The notes beneath the pieces were generated by a model. That model was not told where the DNA came from. It ran no database searches and saw only the letters and a program-made list of their open reading frames with translations. The position numbers were made by a program, and so were the translations under genes. DNA of 39,216 nucleotides from IMG/VR virus record IMGVR_UViG_3300037423_000623, positions 1-39,216 of that record. The stretch is one strand, 5' to 3'. Positions within the stretch are counted from its first letter, which is position 1. Each line of letters starts with the position of its first letter. Of this stretch, positions 6,513 to 14,226 are shown piece after piece. Source of the stretch: a virus.

Positions 6513-7387
6513 TCAACGTTCGCAACATCTCGATATCTGACATCGACACTGGACAGCGCCTTCGCCAGATCGATGACGGCCAGGTGGAGAGCCTGAAAGA
6601 GAGCATCCTGGAAATCGGGCTTCTCAATCCGATCACGGTCTACGCGATCGACGAAAACCACTTCGGCCTCGTGGCCGGCGCGCATCGCCTCGAAGCTTGT
6701 CGGCGCATCGGCTACGACGAAGTTCCTGCCAGCATCGCCGAACTGACAGACCTGGAACGACAGCTCGCCGAGTGCGACGAAAACCTGTGTGGAACTCACC
6801 TCACGCCGGTCGAAGAGGCGCAGTTTATTGCCCGACGCAAAGAAGTCTACGAGGCTATCCACCCAGAGACAAAACATGGCGCAAGCCTTGGGAATGGCCA
6901 TGTTGAAGATTCTTCGACACGGGAAAGGGCACCCCGTTTCATCACCGACACAGCCGCGAAAACGGGAATAGGTGAACGCAGCATTTCCAAGCACGCGGAA
7001 CGCGGTGCGAAGATCGCGCCGGCCGTGATGGAAATGATCAAAGGCACCGACTTCGACAAGGGTGTCTATCTCGATGAGCTCAAACGCCTGAGCCCAGAAA
7101 ACCAACTGGAGAAAGCGAAAGCTGATTTGGCTGGCCCGCCACCCGCGCGTCGCCCTTTGAAGCACTTAAGCGGTGCTACTGCCCAAATCGGCCAAGGTGT
7201 CGCCCGGCAGTTCCAGCCCAAGCCCGAGCCGACTTACGAGCACATGCGCGAGGCCATCCTGTTCCTGGCCGATCTGACGCCCGACGACTTCAACCGGCTC
7301 TGCCCGGCGAACAAACGGGCGGGTATGTTTCAGAAGCTCGCGCACTTGGAGGATGTCTTTGCCAAGGTGCGGGAGGGCATCGTTTGA
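6509..7387 (+). CDS. ParB/Srx N-terminal domain protein (ParB-like nuclease family), paralog 1
   Basis: ISISDIDTGQRLRQID...SLKESILEIGLLNPITV...LVAGAHRLEACRRIG is the classic ParB N-domain pattern. Confidence 0.8.
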   Translation: MINVRNISISDIDTGQRLRQIDDGQVESLKESILEIGLLNPITVYAIDENHFGLVAGAHRLEACRRIGYDEVPASIAELTDLERQLAECDENLCGTHLTPVEEAQFIARRKEVYEAIHPETKHGASLGNGHVEDSSTRERAPRFITDTAAKTGIGERSISKHAERGAKIAPAVMEMIKGTDFDKGVYLDELKRLSPENQLEKAKADLAGPPPARRPLKHLSGATAQIGQGVARQFQPKPEPTYEHMREAILFLADLTPDDFNRLCPANKRAGMFQKLAHLEDVFAKVREGIV

Positions 7388-7845
7388 GCATTCACGCGAT
7401 GTCCTGGGCGAAGCGCGTCGTCACAGGCAGTCCGACGCGCAAACTCGTTCTGCTCACCTTGGCCGACTATGCCGATGATGCCGGCGTGGCCTATCCCTCT
7501 CAGCAGACCCTTGCCGCCGACACCGAGCTTAACGAACGCTCGATCCGTCGGGCACTGGAACAGCTCGAAACGCGCAAGCTAGTTAGCCGTGAGGCACGTC
7601 CGCCGCTGCGTTCCGGCCAGCGTCAAACCGACCTGATCAGACTCAAGCTCGATGCCACCGGACAGAGTGTCCGCAGGAAGCAGCCACCGGACACTCTGTC
7701 CAAAAAAATGGACACAGAGTCCGGTAAACAGTCAAGGAACACTACCCTATCAGATAGGGGAACAGACCTAGCAGGATATAGCACTAAGGGAGACACCCCT
7801 CCAAAAGACCGCCGCTCCGAAAAATCCGGGGTGGCCCATGCGTGA
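7384..7845 (+). CDS. Winged-helix/HTH protein, replication-initiator-like
   Basis: KLVLLTLADYADDAGVAYPSQQTLAADTELNERSIRRALEQLETRKLV matches the HTH_36-type pattern common in phage replication proteins. It sits just before the helicase. TTG start at 7384 (TTGA overlap); alternative ATG at 7399. Confidence 0.6.
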   Translation: MSIHAMSWAKRVVTGSPTRKLVLLTLADYADDAGVAYPSQQTLAADTELNERSIRRALEQLETRKLVSREARPPLRSGQRQTDLIRLKLDATGQSVRRKQPPDTLSKKMDTESGKQSRNTTLSDRGTDLAGYSTKGDTPPKDRRSEKSGVAHA

Positions 7846-9316
7846 ACTGTGGCCGCACCAGATAACCGCGATCGATCTGCTGTGGCAGGCGCTAGCTGAC
7901 GGTCGCAAGCATCCGATCCTGATGATGGCCACCGGCGCCGGCAAGACGAAGACGGCGGCGGAAATAATCAGGCGGGCCTTGGCCAAGGGCAAGCGCGTCG
8001 TGCTGACCGTGCCCGCTATCGAGTTGATCGACCAGACGGTACAGGCGCTCTATGCTGAGGGCATCACGGACGTGGCCGTTATCCAGGCGCAGCACCCGCT
8101 GACCAACCCTGATGCTCAGGTCCAGGTCGCGAGCGTCCAGACTCTCACGCGTCGCATGCTGCCGAAAGCCGATCTGGTGATCGTCGACGAGGCGCACATC
8201 GCGCACAAGATCGTATTCCGGTGGATGCAGGAGCAGGAACGGCTGTTCTTCATCGGCTTGTCGGCGACGCCGTGGACGAAGGGGCTCGGCAAATATTACG
8301 ACGCGCTGATCATCGGCGCCACGACGCGGCAACTGATCCGCGATGGCTTCCTTTCCGACTTCAAGGTTTTCGCGCCGACCCATCCAGATCTGACCGGCGT
8401 CCGGACAATCGCTGGCGACTACGCCGAGGACCAGCTAGCCGAGGCTATGGACAAGCCGAAGCTCGTCGCGGATGTCGTGGCGACCTGGCTTAATCTCGGC
8501 GAAAACCGGCCGACATTGTGCTTCGCCGTCAACCGCGCCCACGCCAGAAGTATCCAGCGAGATTTCGAGATTGCCGGCGTTCCGGTTGCCTACGTCGATG
8601 GGGACACGCCTAGGGGCGAGCGCGATGAGATTCGCCGTGGGTTTGAGGCCGGAACCACCAAGGTCGTGGTCAACGTCGGCGTCCTCACCACGGGTGTCGA
8701 TTGGGATGTGCGCTGCCTCATCCTGGCAAGGCCGACAAAGTCGGAAATCCTGTTTACGCAGATTATCGGTCGGGGTCTCCGCCGCGCCGTCGGCAAAGCT
8801 GACTGCCTGATCCTCGATCACTCTGACAGCACGTTGAACCTCGGCTTTGTCACCGACATTCATCACGACAAGCTGGACGATGGCAAAGATCGGAAGGTTT
8901 CGTCTGGCGCTCGCCCCGAAAAGTCACCGAAGCTCCCGAAGGAATGCACGTCCTGTCACCGGCTGAAGCCTGCAGGCGTCCACAAATGCCCCTCATGCGG
9001 TTTCGCGCCTGAGCGGCAGACGGACATTGAACCGGCCCAGGGCGAACTAGGCCGCCTCGGCGGCAAGCAGATCAAGGCGGATCGGGACACGAAGCAAAAA
9101 TGGTGGTCGATGCTCCTCGGTCACTCCGAAATGAAGGGCTATGCGCGCGGCTGGGCGTGGCACAAGTACAAGGACAAGTTCGGCGTGGAACCGCGCGGCC
9201 TGGATGATTCCGCGGCGACGCCAGACAGCCAGGTCAGCAACTGGATTCGCTCGACGCAGATAAGGTGGGCGAAGGGCAAGCAGAAGCGCGAAGCGGCGGA
9301 GGCCCACCATGCGTGA
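7838..9316 (+). CDS. SF2 DEAD/DEAH-box helicase with C-terminal zinc ribbon
   Basis: Motifs PHQ, MMATGAGKTKTA (Walker A), VIVDEAHIA (DEAH), LSATP and QIIGRGLRR. CTSCHRLKPAGVHKCPSCGF forms a Cys4 ribbon. Confidence 0.9.
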   Translation: MRELWPHQITAIDLLWQALADGRKHPILMMATGAGKTKTAAEIIRRALAKGKRVVLTVPAIELIDQTVQALYAEGITDVAVIQAQHPLTNPDAQVQVASVQTLTRRMLPKADLVIVDEAHIAHKIVFRWMQEQERLFFIGLSATPWTKGLGKYYDALIIGATTRQLIRDGFLSDFKVFAPTHPDLTGVRTIAGDYAEDQLAEAMDKPKLVADVVATWLNLGENRPTLCFAVNRAHARSIQRDFEIAGVPVAYVDGDTPRGERDEIRRGFEAGTTKVVVNVGVLTTGVDWDVRCLILARPTKSEILFTQIIGRGLRRAVGKADCLILDHSDSTLNLGFVTDIHHDKLDDGKDRKVSSGARPEKSPKLPKECTSCHRLKPAGVHKCPSCGFAPERQTDIEPAQGELGRLGGKQIKADRDTKQKWWSMLLGHSEMKGYARGWAWHKYKDKFGVEPRGLDDSAATPDSQVSNWIRSTQIRWAKGKQKREAAEAHHA

Positions 9317-10262
9317 GAAGCCGCCCCTCAACGAACGCGCGCAAGGCAAGTGGCCGGGCATCCTGTCAGCGCTCGGCGTGCCGGCCGCGTTGCTCAACGT
9401 CCGCAAGCACCACCCCTGCCCGTTCTGTGGGGGTAAGGATCGGTTCCGCTTCACCGATCATGAAGGGACCGGGAAATTCTACTGCAACCAGTGCGGTTCC
9501 ATCGGTGGGGCCGACTTCGTGATTAAGTATTTCGGCTGGGACTTCGCCCGTGCCGCCAAGGAAATCGAGAACGTTCTTGGCGATGCGTCATTCGCACCGC
9601 CAAGGCGGAAAGACGATGATTCCGGTAGTCGCGCCGCGATGCAGAAGCTCTGGACGAGCTGCAGCTTGATCGCCAAGGGGGATTTTGTTGACCGGTACCT
9701 GATTGGTCGTGGCGTCGGGCAAGACGAGTACGGCCGATATCTCCGCAAGGCCGAAAGCATCAAGCACGAGACAGAGGATGGCGCGAAAAGTTGGCACCCG
9801 GCGATGGTGGCGAAGATCATTGCGGCCGATGGCAAGCCGGTCAACCTGCACCGCACCTACCTGACGATGGATGGTCAAAAGGCGCCCGTCGAGCCTGTGC
9901 GAAAGACCATGTGGGGCACAATACCGCCAGGGTCTGCCGTCCGCCTATTCGATGCTGGGCCGGTGATGGGCATCGCCGAGGGCATTGAGACCGCGCTGGC
10001 TGCCTCGGACTTGTTTCGCATACCGGTGTGGGCAGCGATCAACTCGACCATCATGGCCGGCTGGCAACCTCCTGAAGGCACGCATCAGGTTTTCATCTTC
10101 GGTGACAACGACCCGAAGCTTGGCGGCCAAGCCGCGGCTCATGCGCTCGGTCACAAGCTAGCCTGCAAAAGCCTGACCGTGGAAATCAAAATCCCTCTAA
10201 CCAGCGGCCATGATTGGAACGATGTGCTGATCGAGCAGCGTGGCGGAAGGCTGACAGCATGA
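9309..10262 (+). CDS. DNA primase (P4-type zinc-binding domain + Toprim)
   Basis: HHPCPFCGGKDRFRFTD...FYCNQCG is the primase zinc ribbon. GIAEGIETALA...FIFGDNDP... is a Toprim E / DxD pattern. Confidence 0.85.
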   Translation: MREKPPLNERAQGKWPGILSALGVPAALLNVRKHHPCPFCGGKDRFRFTDHEGTGKFYCNQCGSIGGADFVIKYFGWDFARAAKEIENVLGDASFAPPRRKDDDSGSRAAMQKLWTSCSLIAKGDFVDRYLIGRGVGQDEYGRYLRKAESIKHETEDGAKSWHPAMVAKIIAADGKPVNLHRTYLTMDGQKAPVEPVRKTMWGTIPPGSAVRLFDAGPVMGIAEGIETALAASDLFRIPVWAAINSTIMAGWQPPEGTHQVFIFGDNDPKLGGQAAAHALGHKLACKSLTVEIKIPLTSGHDWNDVLIEQRGGRLTA

Positions 10263-10495
10263 GAGCCGCGAACAGCAACTGCGAGCGGTCAAGGTGGACC
10301 ATCACTATCGACGATTGGGGTGGCAATCCTGACTTTGATGACGTGTTTCTGGTCACGATCTACAAGGGCGCGCCGAAGGGTGAGCCAGAGCACGCCGAGA
10401 TTGTCGAGGGGATGTCAGCCGCTTCCGCCTACTCCCGAAGCATGGCCCGACACCTTCGTTGCCCAATTCACAATTTGACGGAGGCCGCGCTATGA
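10259..10495 (+). CDS. Hypothetical protein (78 aa)
   Basis: Trimmed to the ATG that overlaps the primase stop (ATGA at 10259-10262). Ends in an ATGA overlap with the next gene. Confidence 0.45.
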   Translation: MRAANSNCERSRWTITIDDWGGNPDFDDVFLVTIYKGAPKGEPEHAEIVEGMSAASAYSRSMARHLRCPIHNLTEAAL

Positions 10496-11391
10496 CAACC
10501 CAGGACGAATATCCAGACCCCGGTGAGGTTCCGGTTCTCGACTGGATCGATACCAGCCTGATTACGGTCGACCCGCTCTACCAGCGCCCGCTCGATGAGC
10601 AGCGGGTGAACACCATCGTCAACGCCTTCACCTGGCGCTCGTTCGGCGCGCTGGTGGTGGTTCCGGCAGGCGATGGTTTCCACGTCACGGACGGCCAGCA
10701 CCGGCTTGAGGCGGCGAAGCTACATCCGCAGGTGACGCATGTCCCGGTCGTCATCGTGCAGGCGGAGACCATCGCGGAAGAGGCGTCGATCTTCGTTGAC
10801 GTGAACAAGAACCGCAAAAACGTCAGCGCCCTGGAACTGTTCTTCGCCGAACTGGCGGCTGGCACCGGGAATGCGGCCGACGCGCTGAAGGCGGCAACGG
10901 CGGCCGGTCTCCGCATTCCGAAGTTCCCCGGTAACTTCAAGGCCAACGACACTATTGCGGTTGGCGAGCTGCAGAAGCTGGTCGCCGGCTACGTCGAAAG
11001 CCGAGTGACCGAGTTCCTGACGACGGTGGCGGCTGGTGGCTTCAAGCCGATCACGGCCAACCATCTGAAGGCGGTGGAGCACCTGCTTACCGATCGCGAG
11101 TTCGCGCCGCACATCACAGCGGAGGATCTGGCAAACACGATCAAGACAGTAGGGACGTCGCTCGACAAGGAAGCGCGCCGCTTCGCTGCCACGCATGGCG
11201 TCACGTTCTGGAAGGGACTGGCGTCAACCTGGTTCCAGAAGTGCAAGAAGCGGCGCGCGCCCGCTATTGGCACCGTTGCCAGTATGGCGGGATCGGAAAT
11301 GTCCGCCGCGGCGGACAAACCGAGGTCAACAGGGGCGGCGCCTCGCCGACTGATCCCCTATGCCGGCAAAGACGCACGGGAGCGAGCATGA
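10492..11391 (+). CDS. ParB/Srx N-terminal domain protein, paralog 2
   Basis: LITVDPLYQRPLDEQRVNTIVNAF...VTDGQHRLEAAKL is the ParB-like DGQHR motif. GGAGG lies 8 nt before ATG 10492. The track start at 10459 is an overlap extension. Confidence 0.7.
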   Translation: MTTQDEYPDPGEVPVLDWIDTSLITVDPLYQRPLDEQRVNTIVNAFTWRSFGALVVVPAGDGFHVTDGQHRLEAAKLHPQVTHVPVVIVQAETIAEEASIFVDVNKNRKNVSALELFFAELAAGTGNAADALKAATAAGLRIPKFPGNFKANDTIAVGELQKLVAGYVESRVTEFLTTVAAGGFKPITANHLKAVEHLLTDREFAPHITAEDLANTIKTVGTSLDKEARRFAATHGVTFWKGLASTWFQKCKKRRAPAIGTVASMAGSEMSAAADKPRSTGAAPRRLIPYAGKDARERA

Positions 11392-12020
11392 AGCGACGGA
11401 CGAAAACCGAAATGCGTCCGTCGGCAAAGCTGTTCGACGAAGTGCCGTTCACCCCGCCGAAGAAGTTGGCGCCGTCGCGTGCCATCACGCCCGAAGAGCG
11501 GAAGTCTGCCCGTAAGCGGGAGCCGCGCGCCATCGCCAGGCTGAAGGCGCTCGATGGCGGCAAGGAGGGCGCCAAGGTCACGACGGTCAAGCTTCGCATT
11601 TCGGGCAAGCGGTCCGATCTGCAGTTGATCCGCTCGAGGCCAGGAACATTCGAATGGCGCTACGGACGCAAGAGGCAGGATGCGCTGTTCCATGCCGGCA
11701 GTCATCTGGCAATCCTCTGGGAGCGTGCCGGGCTCACCATCGCCAGTTCTGCCAATTTCCTTCGCGGCACTTCATCCGGCTTTGCCGCTGGAATCTCGGA
11801 TGGCCGGGTGGCCGCGGTCGACAAGCTGGACGGTTTTGTGGTCGAGCTTGGCCGACAGCCGGCGGCGCGCCTGGTCGACTATTGCGTGGGAGGCATGACG
11901 TCCAAGGAAATCGCTCGCAAGCACGGTGCGACGGAGCGCGAAATGGCATCGGTCCTGCACCATGACCTGCGGGCTTGCGCTGCTCACTTTCGCTTCATAG
12001 GTCGTGCGCCGAAGCGTTGA
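11388..12020 (+). CDS. Putative transcriptional regulator with C-terminal sigma-r4/LuxR-like HTH (possible late-gene activator)
   Basis: The C-terminus, DYCVGGMTSKEIARKHGATEREMASVLHHDL, looks like an HTH. It is the last gene of the early-right block, just before a terminator and the packaging genes. ATGA overlap at 11388. Confidence 0.4.
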   Translation: MKRRTKTEMRPSAKLFDEVPFTPPKKLAPSRAITPEERKSARKREPRAIARLKALDGGKEGAKVTTVKLRISGKRSDLQLIRSRPGTFEWRYGRKRQDALFHAGSHLAILWERAGLTIASSANFLRGTSSGFAAGISDGRVAAVDKLDGFVVELGRQPAARLVDYCVGGMTSKEIARKHGATEREMASVLHHDLRACAAHFRFIGRAPKR

Positions 12021-12072
12021 CTTTCGACACGAAACCCCCTATTGAGAACGCCATGCGCAAAAATGCGCCGCG

Positions 12073-12100
12073 AACCCGCCAAATCAGGCGGGTTTTTTGT
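12073..12100 (+). terminator. Rho-independent terminator after the early-right operon
   Basis: AACCCGCC-aaatca-GGCGGGTT stem-loop followed by TTTTTTGTT. Confidence 0.75.
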
Positions 12101-12252
12101 TGGCGGCTTTCGCTTTCTGATCCCTGCCCCGGGACTTTGGAGCGCTGATACCGGCTATGCGCGGAAAGCCTCTCGCTCGATCCTGAGAAGAACCCGGCCG
12201 GGGCGGCGGTGCCGTCGGCTTTACCGGGGAAGCGGTGGCGCCGGAATTATCC

Positions 12253-12281
12253 TTGCACCCGCTCAGACCGGGGAGACTACC
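12253..12281 (+). promoter_or_regulatory. Conserved late-leader motif, copy 1 (upstream of terS)
   Basis: TTGCACCCGCTCAGACCGGGGAGACTACC then ATG. Aligns with the copies at 22276 and 25022. Confidence 0.45.
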
Positions 12282-12740
12282 ATGGCAGCACCGATAGGAA
12301 ACCGCTTCTGGGAGCAGCGCAGTTCGCACGGGCGGGCCCCGATCTTCGCGACGCCAGACGATCTGTTCGCGGCCAGCTGCGAGTATTTCGAGTGGGTTGA
12401 GAAGAACCCGCTCTATGAGGATCGGCTGATCACCTTTCAGGGCGCGGCCACCCATGAGCCCGTCGCGAAGATGCGCGCCATGACGATCATGGGTCTGTGC
12501 ATTTTTCTCGATATCAGCCGCGCCACATGGGACAACTACCGGCAGCGGCAAGACTTTCTAGCCATCACCACGCGAGTGGAGGACATCATCCGCGCGCAGA
12601 AGTTCGAAGGCGCCGCGGCCGAGCTGCTAAACGCCAACATCATCGCTCGAGACTTGGGCCTGGCCGACAAGACCGAACTGACGGGCAAGGACGGCTCGCC
12701 CCTGCTGCCGACGATCAATGCAAGCTTCAGCAGCGATTGA
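12282..12740 (+). CDS. terS: Terminase small subunit (gp3-type DNA-packaging protein)
   Basis: [29 protein letters not shown]...[26 protein letters not shown]...[16 protein letters not shown] matches the GP3_package-type pattern. GGGGAG SD. The track N-terminal extension was removed. Confidence 0.8.
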   Translation: MAAPIGNRFWEQRSSHGRAPIFATPDDLFAASCEYFEWVEKNPLYEDRLITFQGAATHEPVAKMRAMTIMGLCIFLDISRATWDNYRQRQDFLAITTRVEDIIRAQKFEGAAAELLNANIIARDLGLADKTELTGKDGSPLLPTINASFSSD

Positions 12741-14226
12741 CCTTCACTTCCACAAGAAGCAGACGCTCGCCTTTCACAGCACGGCCACGGAAATCCTCTA
12801 CGGTGGCGCGGCTGGCGGCGGCAAAAGCCATCTCATGCGGCAGGCTGCGATCATGTGGTGCGCCGAGATCCCTGGGCTTCAGGTCTACCTGTTTCGGCGT
12901 ATCAGCGACGATCTGACCAAGAACCACATGGAAGGCCCACAAGGCTTTCGCGCGCTGCTCGCCGGCTGGGTGGCCTGTGGCTGGGTGGAGATCATCGAGG
13001 ACGAAATCAGGTTCTGGAACGGCTCGAAAATCTTCCTCTGCCACTGCAAGGACGAGAAGCACCGTTTCAAATACCAGGGCGCCGAAATCCACGTCTTGCT
13101 CATCGACGAGCTGACCCACTTTACGGAAGTCATCTACCGGTATCTGCGCATGCGCGTGCGCATGGTCGGCATCAAGCTTCCCGAGAAGTACAAGGGATGT
13201 TTCCCGCGCATCCTGTGCGGCGCGAATCCGGGAGGCATCGGTCACCAGTTCGTCAAGCAGACCTTCGTCGACAACGCGCGGCCGATGGAAATCAGGCAGA
13301 CCGCGAAAACGGAAGGCGGCATGCGCCGGCAGTTCATCCCGGCGTTGCTCGAAGACAATCCGTCGATGAACGACAACGATCCCGACTACGAGAACCGGCT
13401 GCACGGGCTGGGATCGGAAGCGCTGGTGCGGGCGATGCGCTACGGCGATTGGGATGTGATCGAAGGCGCTTTCTTCGACAATTTCGACCGACGCCGGCAT
13501 GTCATCCGGCCCTTTCAGATTCCCGAGCACTGGACGCGTTTCAGGGCGGGTGATTGGGGCAGCGCCAAGCCCTTCGCGTTCGGCTGGTATGCGGTGGCAT
13601 CGGATGACACCATCGTAGGCCCGGGCGTCGTGATCCCGCGCGGCGCGCTGGTCAAGTATCGCGAATGGTACGGGATCAAGACCGACAAGGACGGCCAGTT
13701 CAAACCGGACACCGGCCTGAAGATGCATGCCGATGCCGTGGGCGCCGGCGTCAGGGAGTGGGACGGGACCGACGTCATCAGCTACGGCGTGCTCGATCCG
13801 GCCGCGTTCAGCCAGGACGGCGGCCCGTCGATCGCCGAGCGCATGGCACGCGGCACGAGCGGCAGGAACGGGGCGACATTCCAGCGAGCCGACAATGCCC
13901 GCGTAGCAGGCCGCGGCGCGATGGGCGGCTGGGATCAGATGCGCGGCCGGCTGACCGGTGATGAAGACGGGCGGCCGATGCTGTTCTTCTTCGAAACCTG
14001 CGTGCACACCATCCGCACCATCCCGGCGCTTCAGCACGACGAGAACAAGCCGGAAGACCTCGACACGACGCAGGAAGATCATGCGGCCGACGAGACGCGC
14101 TACGCCTGCATGTCGCGGCCGTGGACAGCCAAGCCGCCAGCGAAACCGAAGCCGAAGCTGCAGCCCGGCCAGGTGCTTCTGCCCGGCCCGCCTGAAGAGC
14201 GTACCGGCACAAGGATCAGCGTATGA
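12718..14226 (+). CDS. terL: Terminase large subunit
   Basis: Walker A at [11 protein letters not shown], Walker B-like at [10 protein letters not shown], and a C-terminal nuclease-like region ...[15 protein letters not shown]. Positioned between terS and portal. Confidence 0.9.
   Translation: MQASAAIDLHFHKKQTLAFHSTATEILYGGAAGGGKSHLMRQAAIMWCAEIPGLQVYLFRRISDDLTKNHMEGPQGFRALLAGWVACGWVEIIEDEIRFWNGSKIFLCHCKDEKHRFKYQGAEIHVLLIDELTHFTEVIYRYLRMRVRMVGIKLPEKYKGCFPRILCGANPGGIGHQFVKQTFVDNARPMEIRQTAKTEGGMRRQFIPALLEDNPSMNDNDPDYENRLHGLGSEALVRAMRYGDWDVIEGAFFDNFDRRRHVIRPFQIPEHWTRFRAGDWGSAKPFAFGWYAVASDDTIVGPGVVIPRGALVKYREWYGIKTDKDGQFKPDTGLKMHADAVGAGVREWDGTDVISYGVLDPAAFSQDGGPSIAERMARGTSGRNGATFQRADNARVAGRGAMGGWDQMRGRLTGDEDGRPMLFFFETCVHTIRTIPALQHDENKPEDLDTTQEDHAADETRYACMSRPWTAKPPAKPKPKLQPGQVLLPGPPEERTGTRISV

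Noticed and set aside
12727-14082. 451-aa minus-strand ORF opposite terL. Similar long minus ORFs occur at 15150..16688, 21685..23160, 23333..24328, 28637..29527, 31861..32673 and 6383..7165.
   Set aside because: These are shadow ORFs typical of GC-rich genomes. Their translations are Arg/Ala/Gly/His-rich low-complexity strings without motifs. They fully overlap plus-strand genes that do carry clear motifs (terminase Walker A, portal, scaffold, capsid, S74, ParB).
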